DNA of 63,636 bases, the filler included, from Licmophora abbreviata (Eukaryota), in NCBI GenBank assembly GCA_900291995.1. It is 15 parts of 15 records of this genome, joined end to end, with 100 filler letters (N's around TTAATTAATTAA, not from the genome) between each part and the next. Parts side by side here need not be neighbours in the genome. Positions count along the whole stretch, not along the records: positions 34,924 to 40,674 come from OLMU01002591.1; positions 40,775 to 44,031 come from OLMU01002592.1; positions 44,132 to 45,272 come from OLMU01002594.1; positions 45,373 to 49,343 come from OLMU01002595.1; 11 more parts are not named here. One strand, written 5' to 3'. Both the position numbers and the translations under genes were made by a program. Shown piece by piece: positions 36,723 through 49,032 of the stretch (position 1 is the first letter of the stretch; each line of letters opens with the position of its first letter). Below the pieces are notes generated by a model. That model made no database searches and was not told where the DNA came from. It worked only from the letters and a program-made list of their open reading frames with translations.

Positions 36723-38635
36723 ATGTCATTAAATCCAGTTACCAGTAGCGACAGTCAAACTCAACAGAGCCTCATCCCAAACGCCAAATCTGTCGATTCC
36801 GCCGACGCCCCGCTTACATCAGAAGCGAGATCTCGAGAATCTCGAGACGCCGGGGGGATGCCCCCTCCAGCGGGGGATGCCTGGGCTTCCTCAACTCTGA
36901 CAACAGCTGTGGAAGCGGCATGTCCACTTAAGGATAAAGACGAGACTCCAACTCCATCCCTGACTCGTCCTGCCAGTCTATCTGATGCAAAACCGACACG
37001 ACGAACGTCACAGTCCACATCTGACGGCGACGATTCTTCATCGGGTACGAAGAAGAAGCCTGCGAAGCTGGATCGGTCGAAGCTCCGCAAGGGAAAGTGG
37101 ACGGTAAGCTCAAAGTCTGTGCAATCGGTACAGTGTAGTAGGTAGATGGCTTCGTTCATCGATTACTAACTCCTCGTCTTATACGGATGCGACGACACCG
37201 ACAGGTGGAGGAAGAAGAGTTTGCCTCTCGTATTATTCAATACTTTAGCACGGGGCTCTTGAATCTACCAGACGGAAAGACACTACGCTCTTACCTCGCT
37301 GATACGCTCAACTGTGACCCGATGCGCATCACCAAGAAGTTCGCCGGCGCGTCCTGTCTTGGCAAACGCGTTTACCATTTGTGTGATCGAACGAGACATG
37401 CAGCTGCCGATGTAGAGCTGGCCAAAGCAGAACTGGTCCATCTAGAAAAAAGGTATCACCTTCGCGTCGAGCATGGTCAAGTGGGACTCCCACTTCCGTC
37501 GCAGGCAGACCTACTCCCAGCCTTGCCTGGTGCGGCGTTGTTCTCCCAGGGTAATTCAGCAGCTGCCTTGGCTACCTCCGCATGGCTACAAAACATCGCG
37601 TCGATGTCGGGCTCTGCCCCAGCACCAGCTTGCTTTGGAGGGTCAGCTGCGGTCGCTCTACCCCCAATGGCGACTCTTGGCCAGCAGATGATTGCCCCCA
37701 GCCCTGTTTCGTCCGCACCAAGCCCTGCGGCGCCGCTGATGAGCACCCTGGCGTAAGTTTCGACAGCTCAATGTGAGACCTTTAGTCGAATTTGCTGATG
37801 CACCACTCATCATCCTGCTTTCTTTGTGCTGCGTAGACCTTCGGGAACCAACGACGCTATTGCAAGTCTAGCGTGGGCGCAAGCTGTATCCTCGTTGACG
37901 CCCGCTTTGTCGCAGCTTGCTGCTGCAAACATGCAGCATCACCAGAAACAGCTCCAAACGGCAGTCGCTTCCCAATTGAAAGCCAACCTGCAGCAGGAGC
38001 AGCTTAGGATTGCGTATGAAGCGCATTTGCAGACGAAAACAAAGTCGCCAGAAAAGTCGACTGTCGCCACTGCTCCACCAGCGCCGATTACCAGCATGTC
38101 GACCAGTCTTGCGCAACCGACGCAGGTCAAGGCTCATCGTCTACAGCCTCAGCCGCCTGTACAGCCAGTATTACATTCTTCGACTCATTCTTCATCAACT
38201 AAGATGAGTGCGAAACCCGGATCCACTCCCTTGTCGTCGCCGACGCGATCCAAAGAGGACGAAGATGCCGGTTCCATGTTGCTCGGTTTCATCAGCTCTC
38301 TTCGTCAGAGTTTTGAAGAAGCGAAAGAGCGACGTAAAGAAGAGGAGGTCATCCAGTCAGGAGCAGAAACGTCATCAGGTACTACAACAAATCCGACGGA
38401 TAGCTCATTCGGCGATTCGGATTTGTCTGAAAACGACAAGGGGAAGGACATTTCATCGGCGAGCGAAGAGTCCGACAAGGAGGCCAGCGGAGAGGGACCG
38501 GGCAGAGGTCCGCCTCGGAAGCGGCTCAAAACGAGACATTCCGATTTCACAAGAAGGAATGTTGCGGAGCACACTACCAGGATGGATGCCCTGCATGCCC
38601 GAGAAGAGAAGAGAGATTCTCCTGAGGGATTGTAA
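36723..38635 (+). CDS. Myb/SANT-like putative transcription regulator of a stramenopile-type family
   Basis: LRKGKWT|VEEEEFA..II..F..GLL.LP.G.TLRSYL...LNCDPMRITKKF across intron 37104-37204. Second intron 37753-37836. Q/S-rich tail and an NLS (PPRKRLK). Confidence 0.7.
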
Positions 38636-38873
38636 ATAATGATCGCAGAGTCAAAAGCCGGCAGAGCAAGTAAAAACAATAGAGCCTGGCTTATGTTTAT
38701 GCGATCAGTCTAAAGACTTCTCCTTCCCGCGTCGCTATATGTTGATGTCGTCAATCGAGAGCCACACTCATGTAGCCTGGCATCACAATTCATATCGACA
38801 TTCGAGTCGAGCAGTCTCACTTGGTACCAGGTACTCGTGGGAATAGCATCACCACATCGTGGAATTCGATCCA

Positions 38874-40440
38874 TCAAGACGAAGATGCCGACGAGCTCGT
38901 TCCATACTTCTCCCTGTAAAAGTCATTTTCAACTTTGATCTTCCTCTCAAACTTGGACTGGAATACGTTTTGATTCTTTTGAATTCTGCCGACGATACTT
39001 CCAAGATTGAAGTTGCTTGGGCTCCCGATCCAGCTGAAGATTCCCGCCTCCCTAGGGTACTTGTACCGATGCTTGTACCGGTCTCCATTCTCGTGGTGGG
39101 CCGCCACTCCGATATCGTCACTTTGAGTACCATGTACAACCTCAGCAATGTCCAATGAAGCTATCATTTCAGGTGTTATGTTGTACGGAGCGTCAATCAG
39201 CACGTCGTCAATATATCGACAGCTCAGGACACTGAGAACTCGTTCGTGAAGATTCATCAGGGGGAGGTTGGTTCCTCGATGTCGATTGACAACGGCATCA
39301 CCGTGAATTCCAACAATTAGATAGTCTCCGCGCTAAGTGTTTGAGAATTCCAACGCCAAGTTAGACGACGTTCGTTGCATTGGAAAACTTGCGCGCACGC
39401 TCCATCCCGCATACCTCTTTGGCAACCTTCAGAATCGCGACATGACCACAGTGGAACATGTCCCAAGCCCCGTCAATGTAGATTATCCGCATCCCCTCGG
39501 CAGGAGGTCTCGTGCCAGCACTAAACAGTCGCAAAAGTTGACCAGTGGTAAGAAACTTCGATTGTCTCCCCAGCAAAGCCGTCATCATGCTGTCCTCGTC
39601 CTCCGGCGACGTCGCCTCGTTCGTACTAGCATCATCGTCGTTGTGATAGTGGTGTTCTTTTGTCATGAGAAGCATCCGCCCAACAATGTCCGTCGTCGAC
39701 ACTCCTTCCGTGCGAGGAATAGACCGGAACTTCCCTGCAGCCTTGGCTGAAGCGTACACATCCTTCCCGTCGACTATGCAAGGGTCGTCACCGTGGATAA
39801 CGTAGTCAATGTTGTATTTGACGATCACATATTCGAGATACTCGCGATTCATAATGTATGGACATCCTGGTACGACCTCGTCGACAAATTTACAAGCATG
39901 CACCATTGTCAGTCGCTCTTGATCGCTCATTAAGGGCGCCCCGCCCTTGCAAGTCTTGATGCTTTCGTCGGAATTGACGCCCACGACGAGATGCGTCCCT
40001 AACGATCGCCCAAGCCGAAATGCATTCATGTGGCCGTAATGTAGGAGATCAAATGCGCCGTCCATAAAGATGCGAATCTCTTTGTTGCGTCCTGCAGACT
40101 CATTTTGGTTTCTGAGTTTCTCCTGCAAGTATTTTAATTTGGCTTCAGCTACCCGGAGCTCAAACGCAAGTCTTTGTCGTCGTTGTACATGGCGATTTCC
40201 AAACAAACAGTAGTAAACGAGAAGCGTCACAAGCATTGCAATCAAAGACCGGCATACCGTCAACGCTGTTGGATAGTGCTGTGACGGTACACCAGCCGCT
40301 TCTAGAACGACATGTAGGTAGTGAACGACTCGTAACATCCATTCGGACTCACTGCATTGCTGGACATACGATTCTGCTTTTTCGATGAGCAGCGCCACGA
40401 AACTTTCGGGTGTCGCTGGTGCGTTGCATTGTTCTACCAT
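38874..40440 (-). CDS. PECT1: Ethanolamine-phosphate cytidylyltransferase
   Basis: Two cytidylyltransferase domains (DGAFDLLHYGH and DGAWDMFHCGH), RTEGVSTTDIVGRML, N-terminal TM. Intron 39414-39333. Confidence 0.93.
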
Positions 40441-40776
40441 GGCGAGTTATCGTCGAGGATTGGTCATGGTGTCTTTATCTCTGATCTTCCTACTTCTACC
40501 CTTTCATTGCCGATGGAGCAGTCGGCAGCGGCGCGTCACACGCGACGGTGCCGTGAATATTGAATAATGACAAAATGGGCGAACCACCGTGCACCTCCGG
40601 TCTTGCTGGCGTGATGAGTATTCAAATGCTACCGTCCTGAATACACATTAATACAGGCTTGACTCATCCAGTGCNNNNNNNNNNNNNNNNNNNNNNNNNN
40701 NNNNNNNNNNNNNNNNNNTTAATTAATTAANNNNNNNNNNNNNNNNNNNNNNNNNNNNNNNNNNNNNNNNNNNNAG

Positions 40777-41304
40777 ATGGGATTGACCATGACCTGCCGG
40801 TTTCCCGTCACCATGACACGCCCGTTTCTTCTTGTATTGATCTTGGCGATTGTTTCCCTTAGATTTATCGACGCCAGTGTTCGCATCGTGTCGCCAGAGG
40901 AGCTCGCGAAGCGGAATGGCAAGGGTCAGAGCGGTGAAATCTGGCTGTCGATTCTAGGTGAAGTCTACGATGTGACCAGTGGCAGCTCTTTCTACGGAGG
41001 CGATGGGGCCTACAGCGTTTTTGCCGGAAGAGATGGATCTGTTCCCTTCATCACGGGTGTTTTCACAGAAGAAGAAGCGAACAAGTCCACGGATTTTTTG
41101 TCGGGGGCGCAGCTGTCGGCGCTTGAGCATTGGCGCCAGTTTTACGCGGACAATGACGAGTATCCTTTTGTAGGACTGCTAGAGGGACGATTCTATGACA
41201 AGGTCGGAAATCCTCAAGACGAAATGAAGAGCGTAAAGGAGAAGATTGAAATCTTCGAGACCGACAAGGAAGAGAAGAAGAAGCAAAAGCAGACTGAACT
41301 TTGA
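40777..41304 (+). CDS. Cytochrome b5-like heme/steroid-binding protein (MAPR/neuferricin-like) with signal peptide
   Basis: IWLSILGEVYDVTSG..FYG..G.Y..FAGRDGS..F, W..FY...YPFVG. Hydrophobic N-terminus. Confidence 0.88.
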   Translation: MGLTMTCRFPVTMTRPFLLVLILAIVSLRFIDASVRIVSPEELAKRNGKGQSGEIWLSILGEVYDVTSGSSFYGGDGAYSVFAGRDGSVPFITGVFTEEEANKSTDFLSGAQLSALEHWRQFYADNDEYPFVGLLEGRFYDKVGNPQDEMKSVKEKIEIFETDKEEKKKQKQTEL

Positions 41305-41356
41305 GTAAACCGTATCGTATTGACAACTCGTATAGTACGACTTAGTGGGTAGTACA

Positions 41357-42760
41357 TTACGTCCTCTTGCGTGACAATTCTATTAAAAGTCCTTCCTGGA
41401 CACGTTCAAGCGCCCTTTCTGTCGCTGTGGTTCCATGGAGGTTCGCGTCACCAGTCACAGTGAAGTGATCTGAGTGTCGAGCAATCGTCTGTGCCATGCT
41501 GGACGAACTCACACTCGGAATGTAAGCATGCTGACAAGCGAGAGCCATCTCGAGATCGTTATCATCGTCACAAAGGCAAATTGCGTGCGACGCCAAAACA
41601 AGCTCTGACTCAACACCACTGAATCTCTTGGCCAAATACAAGCAACTGCGTCGGTAATCAGGAGAGGGGAGATGTGAGAAGCGTTATGAGAGCCCAAAGG
41701 TGTATAGGCTACAATACGACTTGGCAGCGTACCAATTCTTTTTTCCGCTTTCGACAGGGTAATAGTCGACGCAACCTAGGTTCGTACTCGTCGCGATTCC
41801 AAACGGATGTGCAATCTTTCCAGCCAGTAGCTCATTGAACATGCCATCCGTCGCCTGCGCTTGCTGCTTCCGGTTCACTCTAAAGCAAGCCGAGTAACCT
41901 TTCGTATCGATGACGTATCCCTGGCTATCCAGCTGCCTGCAAAAATCCCATAGCAAACCTCTACGTTCCTTCCAAGGAACAAGCGATGGAGCTGGTGTGC
42001 TCTTGATATCATTCCCGAAGTACCCGTCGCTTCCCGCCGCGTCCATCCTCTCCATGCGACGCCTCCACTCCATATCTTCGACTATTCCAAAAGGATCAGA
42101 GACGCTTTCATCCATTCCAGGGTATCTTTCTGGTGTAATGAGAGGGCCGTCGTAGTCGGAAGTCGGCTGAATTGGATAAAAGATGCGGCCGCCCGCTTCA
42201 CTGCAGTAAGCGTCTGCTCTAGGTAAGAAGGGAAGCCGTTTCAGTAGCGTCGACGTTCGCATTCCACTAACCAACACAAATCTTTGGCCATGATTACGTC
42301 GCAGGACTTGACACTGTTGCAACGTCGGCGCCGAAATTACCCCTTGCATCCCAGTGGCGCTGGGAGGGAGTTTCAGAACGTCGCTTGGAAGGTCAGACGA
42401 ATCTGAAGGATAATGAACAAGCGTACCATCCACATCACTGAAAACGACTCGAATATCATTCTCTTGCCAAGCGATACGCCTCCCCGTGGCGAGGTCTGGC
42501 ACTGTCGATTTGGACGACTTGGTTTTAGTGTTCGGCATGCTGCTGGTCGCCGCTGCAATCCGCTTCGATGCTTGAGACCCCGTTGTCGATGGAGCCTCTC
42601 CTTCGACAAGTTTTATCGACGGGCTCGTGAAAGTTAGGAGCAGCCAATATACAACAAGAATCTTCGGAATCTTCGGCCACTTCCTCACGAGCTGGTGAAA
42701 CGTGGAAGTTCGGTCGTACAAATGACGATCGCACAGAGGACGCGCTCGTTTGTCGATCAT
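41357..42760 (-). CDS. HAD-superfamily hydrolase (Cof/sucrose-phosphatase-like)
   Basis: VFSDVDGTLV, LVSGMR, SEAGGRIF, SGK, CLCDDDNDLEM. Intron 41732-41646. Start uncertain (42760 or 42538). Confidence 0.82.
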
Positions 42761-43281
42761 GCGTGATCGCGGAGCCACAGTATTTTTCTCTTTATATCTA
42801 CCCACGACAGCACAGTCGAGACTGCACTCGCGAGACGTTCATACCGCTCGTCATTCAACCCACATTACAGCATGTCATGGGCAACAGCGCACCACACGTT
42901 TGACAGTATCAGCGCGTGATAGAAAAAGCCGAAGAGGACCGCGATAATTCCTGAGTTAAGTAGGAGGTTATGAGCTACACGAAACGGATCGCACGAAGTG
43001 AATGATTGATTGATTCCTTCTGCAATCGGAAATGCACGACTATTGTGAAGTTAACGATATTTAGTTAAGCTAGATCAATGTAGCGACTGGAGACTGAGGC
43101 ACAGACCGTGCAAGCCGAGCATGGCTTAGCTTTGACCCCCAGCAAGAATACTAGCAGCGTGCAGGTTGTACAATCTTCGCATTTGATCCCTTGCGCTTCA
43201 GCAGAATGGTGGTAATTTCGACTCTAGCAGAATCGAACAGCATGAGCCACATGGATCATCAAAAGACAATGGGGTGCGCGA

Positions 43282-43788
43282 TCAATATATGTTTGTGTAC
43301 AAGAGAAGACAAAATCGACATGCTGCTGGACAATTTCCGAGCATGAAAACTCGATTCGATTCGCACTCGTTCACGGAAGCCCAAAATGCACAGAGCTCAT
43401 GATTGTTAAGGCTGCAAACACGGAAGACACAGTTCTTGCTTGTCAGTGGCCAGTCATTGAAACACATTCATGAATCGCTTCGCTTGTTCACTTGCCATTG
43501 CCCTCTAATTTCCTCATAGGCTGGTTCAGCCAGCAGCTCATTGACAAAGTAGTCTCTCTGCTTTCTTAGTACGATCCGTACATCCTCCTTTTCCTGTTCG
43601 GTGCCGTCGATGCGTTGATGCACGCCTGCGTAAAACATGGAATCATCATACGCCCGACTCTGATATGTGCATCGGAAGACGTGATCCGAGTCTCCGACGC
43701 ACATACGCGGGTTATCACATAATACTGGCAAGGATTGTAAGGACGCGAGCAGCAGCAGACACCATCCAATCCCATGCATGTTACGCAT
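43282..43788 (-). CDS. Small secreted ShKT-domain protein
   Basis: Signal peptide (IGWCLLLLASL). C-terminal C-LNNHELCAFWASVNECESNRVFMLGNCPAACRFC, with the first Cys formed across intron 43495-43412. Confidence 0.8.
43412..43495 (-). other. GC-AG intron (84 nt)
   Basis: Donor TG|GCAAGT, acceptor TTTGCAG|C. This junction gives the first ShKT Cys in frame. Confidence 0.75.
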
Positions 43789-44590
43789 GGTGCAGACACT
43801 AGCACCACTGCCGCGGCGGCGCGATCTCTTCATTTCTTTTTGACAGCGCTCGGATGACAGATTAGGCAGCAGCAAGGCAGCGTCAGTGGAGAGGGGCAGG
43901 CTTCCCTTATTGACAAGCGATGCCATGACCATTGAATCAATCACCGCTGCGGAGTGAGACTGAACCTTACGGTCACCCGAATATCAGTATCAATCTCAAT
44001 ATCTCCCATCTCCCATCTCCCGTACTTCCAANNNNNNNNNNNNNNNNNNNNNNNNNNNNNNNNNNNNNNNNNNNNTTAATTAATTAANNNNNNNNNNNNN
44101 NNNNNNNNNNNNNNNNNNNNNNNNNNNNNNNGTGCTTGCAGGCTGCGTCGCGAGCGAGCCCTGCTGTCGTTGCCTTTCTCCGGCTTGCGGTTGAACAGAA
44201 AGTCGACCGGCAGTCCAGGACATTATTCACGTCTTGATTCTATTGGAACAGAATACCACGCCTGTAAGAAAGGATGCAACAATCACCGATTGTGGAAAGT
44301 CCTCGTCGACATGGTTGGATTGATCTGCGCTGTCAGCTAAACTTTCGTCTACTTATCGTAAGCAGACTTTGACGGCATAGATTAGCTCCGGTATGACATA
44401 CCGATTTTACTCTCTTTGAACAGAACACTAGCGTGGGGGAGGTCAAACAATAATGCTATAGACTATTCCATTCTTGATGCTGTCCTCGTCGCTGTGCAAA
44501 CGGCTCTCCAAACTTCGTTCTGGCTCACCGTTGGCCGAACTGGATAGTTGCTACCGGCAGCACCACTTTGTTTGAAAACCATCGAGCACT

Positions 44591-47500
44591 TTACAACCAC
44601 GATTTTGCAATGGGTGACAAGAAGTCAGCCGTGAATACTGGCGCGTCCCTCGTAGCGAAAGGGTCATTCGCCGGAGGAGACATTACCGACACAATTGAAG
44701 CTTTCACGTGGGTGTCAGAAGAACGAGCTGCTCTACGGCCAGAGTCCCCGAGTTGCTCTCTGTGTTCAGCAAAACCAGCCACGCGATTGATCAGTCTAGC
44801 GACACAGATACCGGAGTCGGCATCGAGTCTTCGGTTCTCTCTCAAAAGGCGCACAACCGCTTGTTGTGCTTGCTTCTCGCATGTCGAAATGATTTGATCC
44901 TCTACTTGCGCAGAGAGGCGACGTTGACGACGACTGAGCCATTGGCGGGCTTGACCCTGTAGCCGCGTCGCTGACTCCTTCTTCAGACGATACAATCGAA
45001 CGCACTGGTAACGACGAACATCACACTGTAGGAGCACGCTTGCGCCATGTCGAGGGTACGCATCAAAGAATCGTCGTCCAAAGAGGGCCCTCCTCCAGGC
45101 GAGCTGGACTTTGATAGCAGTGCATCGCAGTTTGAAGAACCAAGCTCGAATGAACCTACCTCGAGCAACGGCCTGCAAGATGATGGTCTGTGACCGAATC
45201 ATTTTGTATCGGCGCTGGTAAAAACGGGTACGAAGTACTCCAGTATTGTCTGAATAAGAGTAGCTGCCAGAANNNNNNNNNNNNNNNNNNNNNNNNNNNN
45301 NNNNNNNNNNNNNNNNTTAATTAATTAANNNNNNNNNNNNNNNNNNNNNNNNNNNNNNNNNNNNNNNNNNNNCAGTCGAAAAATGCTCACCGACTTGTTG
45401 AGTTGTGTGGCGGCCTGGGATAGGGCGAATGTGTCCGGGAAAATCAATAGTCAAGCTCGGACCCGTGTCTTCAAGCGGCTTTGCAGGATCCCTAGGTGGA
45501 AGCGAATGCAACAAGATGGCCGCACAGAATGGCTTAGTTCTGTTCTGAGCGATCATTCGTCGAGTCGCACATTGAATGACTACAGCTGCTGCGTGTCTGG
45601 CAGTCTCAACTGCCTGGATCCAGGAGAACGAAAGCGACATCACACTCAACGCAACTGGTGACGCTTCTTGCTTAAGTGTCTCCCCAACTCTGTGAAAAGT
45701 ATAAAGAGCGCGCGATCCTAAGCACTCGTTGATGTGCGTCAACGCAAACCTAGCAGCCGAGCGCGAAAGTTGTCGCTTTGAGCTGCGTTGTAGAAGGACG
45801 ACCGATGACTCAAGGCTGAGAAGGACGAAGTCCATTTTCCAGCTTGCGTAGACTACCTGAATGAGCCTAGCCGCGTCATCAGCTCTACCCATGTCGACAT
45901 ACACAGGGCCGTACCAGTTAGCCCTTTGCCAATGGAATCGAAACGCAGATTGTATCTTCTTTGCCGCAGAAAGCTTTCCACGTAGCCTCTCCTGACAGAG
46001 GAATCGTCTTGTGGTTGACTGAATCACAGTGGCTGCATATCTCAATCTCTTCTTCTGGCGTCGCGAGCAGTAGGTCGCCCAGGCAATTTGAATCCTTTGA
46101 GCTGACGCATGGGACCACTTAAGGCGACGGCGCCAATTGGTCCCACGAAAGAGAGCCTGTATGCAAACAATGGAGTCGATTCTTCTTACGGAGTAAGTAT
46201 CGCGCCAGGCATACTGTCTTAGTAACGCCGCACGTTCCATCTCTATCAGTTGTCGGTCCATCGTCTGTAACGTTGCCGTGTAAGAACGATCGACAGCGCA
46301 ATCCTTCCTAGTCTGCATTTTCATCGCAGTAATTGGACGATGTCTTGCCTGCATAGCCGCCAGCTCTCGACGTTCCCTGTACCGGGACTGTAACGATAAA
46401 ACACCCAATCTCAGGAGCTTAAACGCAATTGCAGAATGCAGCCCCCTCGACACACTCTGGATCATCACACATGCAACTCGAAGCGAGACAAAAGCATGTC
46501 TTGCACTTGCGCCTCTCCAAATTGATTGGATCACAAGTGCCGCGCCTTCCCGTCGCTCCAGCCGAGCCGATATAGCGTGATTCCGTCGGCTTCGCTCTGC
46601 CAGGAGTTTCGTGTATCGGGAACGTCGCACGAAGTGTTCGCAATACCTTAAGATTATTCGGGTCGCAATCTCTTTCCTTGACTCCACCAGGCGCCGCATA
46701 ATCGTGTCGCGAGCTAGATGTCTTCGATATACCGACTGAATCATGATCGAGCATATGCGACATGTCACGTACGGCCGACGAACAACTGCGCAGCGCCACG
46801 CCGACTGGACCTTGGTCGCGGAAAGAACGGATTGACCGTGTGTCTTGCGTCCTCGCACTCCACGGTACAGCCCCTGAAATCGTATGAAACCACTTCGCAG
46901 CACAGTGAGCCGCATCATATGAGCTCTTGCACGTTGCCGAGATTGAATGGCGATAGAAGCGCATCGCATAATGAGGAAACGTTCACGTTCACGGAAGGCC
47001 CGCCACCCCGCCTGAATCTCTGTCGCATATTCTTGTTGATTCTCACTACTGCTTTGTGACGCTAGACCTACTGATGATCTATACGGTTCTCTTGAAACCT
47101 GAGCAACATCGCCCTTGTAATTCCTCTTTCGGAAAAGTCGCTGCACAGATTGAGCACTTCGGACAGTCTCCATGAAGCAGAGACGGTCAGATATCATACG
47201 ACCCCAAGCTTGAATTGTTGTCGCCGCTAGAGTATCAAGCGCTTGTTGTTCCAGTCTGAGAGCGTGTCCTAGTTGAGTCTTGACTGTCAGTAGTACGTGT
47301 TGCCGTCGCCGCCAGGAGCTCACAAGTGGAGATCTCCGCGTTTTACATTGAAAGTATACATAGCAACTCTCCAACTTGGGAACACCTCTGACAAAGAAAT
47401 GAACTCCTATTTCTTTCTCCCAGAATATTCGAAGCCCCTTATCTACCAGCGGGGCACCTTCAGTAAGCGACCAAGAGTCGACGCGGCCGACCGCCTCAGA

Positions 47501-49032
47501 AATTGCGCACACCTTCAACCGCGCGTCAAGAGTCCGCTGGTGACATACTCCGCCTCGACAAAAACAGACTGGAGAGACCACGACTCTACAAGCGCAAGTG
47601 CGACCGCAAGTTGTGCTAGATGAACTCTCCAAGCATTCTGAATAGTGATAACTGCTTCGCACTCGCGCCGCAGTGCGGCCAAATGTTGCAAGAGCTCGTC
47701 CTCTTCCTCGCCACGCGCCGAGTGTGGATTGTACAGAAAGCTGTCCTCACTCTCCACCAGTGCCTCGGTCAATAGCCATTTCCGGACGGCTCGCTGAATT
47801 CTAGTGACGAAGAAGTCCTTGCGTATGTGTTCGAGCCTTGTCTGAAGTATATGATCGCTATTGAGGAAAAGCGCCGAATCTGGCGTAAACTTTCGGCCGT
47901 CGTCCGGTATTAAGAAGTCGGCAATGACTTCTTTGGCGGATCGAGCTCGGGATGATGCCGATGCCTCACCTCGACTATCAGCTCTAAACAATATGTCTTC
48001 ACCACCTTTCTTTTCCACGGGCTTGCTACGCGGCACTGTTGACTTCATTGTATCGCGGCGGGTCGGTCGCCTACGTTGAGCATTAGACTTTGCCATCAAT
48101 GACGACGCCGATCGCTTTTCCCCTCTGTGAAGACGCTCAAATATGGAATCTGTTGAAAGATTCCTACTTTGTCCCGTATGGAGTGACTTTGGCTTTATCG
48201 GCGACAAAGGTTCTACCCCTTGAGCGGCTGAGATCGACGGCCGTCCGACGACACGATTCTTTTGTCGGGCTGCAGGCGGTGTGTAAGCAAGTCGTCGCTC
48301 CAGAGAGGCTGAAGCTGAGAGCGTCCGGTGCATCGCTCGCTTACGATGCGATTCATTGCTAGCAACATTTCGTCTTCCACTTTTCGGCAGCGGGGTACGT
48401 GTTCGTTTCTCATTGCGGTACAATCGATCAAAGACAGACTCTGACGATGAAAGTGTCGAAATCGTCGATTCATCGACACTTCGAGAGGGAGTTTTACGAG
48501 ACGCTTCCTGTCTCACTTTGGATTTCGCATCTCGGTACAAGCGATCAAAAATAGACCCAACAGATGGCTCACGAAGCGATTGGCGTCTCCGCAGCTTTCG
48601 GTCTGGAGTCTCGACAATCGGGACAGGCACTTGCACTGGCGGGCTTCGTCGGCTCACCGCCGCATTGGAGGTTATCGATTCCCTCGAATGAACCTGAGCG
48701 CGTTTAGCCTTTCTAGAGCTTGAAACTGACCATCGCTCCTCCAGGTCTCGTAGTCTATCATGGAGAGGTTGGGAGGGGGTGCTGATGATTGTCGCCATGT
48801 CGTTTTCCGCTTCGTTGCAGTCACGAGAATTTGTATCGCATCCCGGTCGCGCCGATTCACTCGATTGTCCATACCTGTATCTAGGGGACCTGGGAGGTTT
48901 GGTCATTTCCGTGGATAAACTCGTAGACGCCGTCACAGCCAGAGTGGACTCCGAAGCAGAGGAACTCTTGCACGTTCTGCCGAGCTCTTCTGATTTGACG
49001 TATTCTGACATGAGTTCTGATAAGTTCATCAA
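44591..49032 (-). CDS. Large IQ-motif rod protein with N-terminal SxF(D/E)RL(Y/H) repeats (ASPM-like rod, no CH domain seen); spans a gap
   Basis: Ser/Arg-rich N-terminus with SIFDRLY, SVFDRLY and SIFERLH, then many IQxxxRG motifs (IQAWGR, IQAGWR, FQGLYRG, IQSIWRG, IQALFRG, LQAVARG). Frame change in a T-run near 47560. C-terminal end uncertain. Confidence 0.7.
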
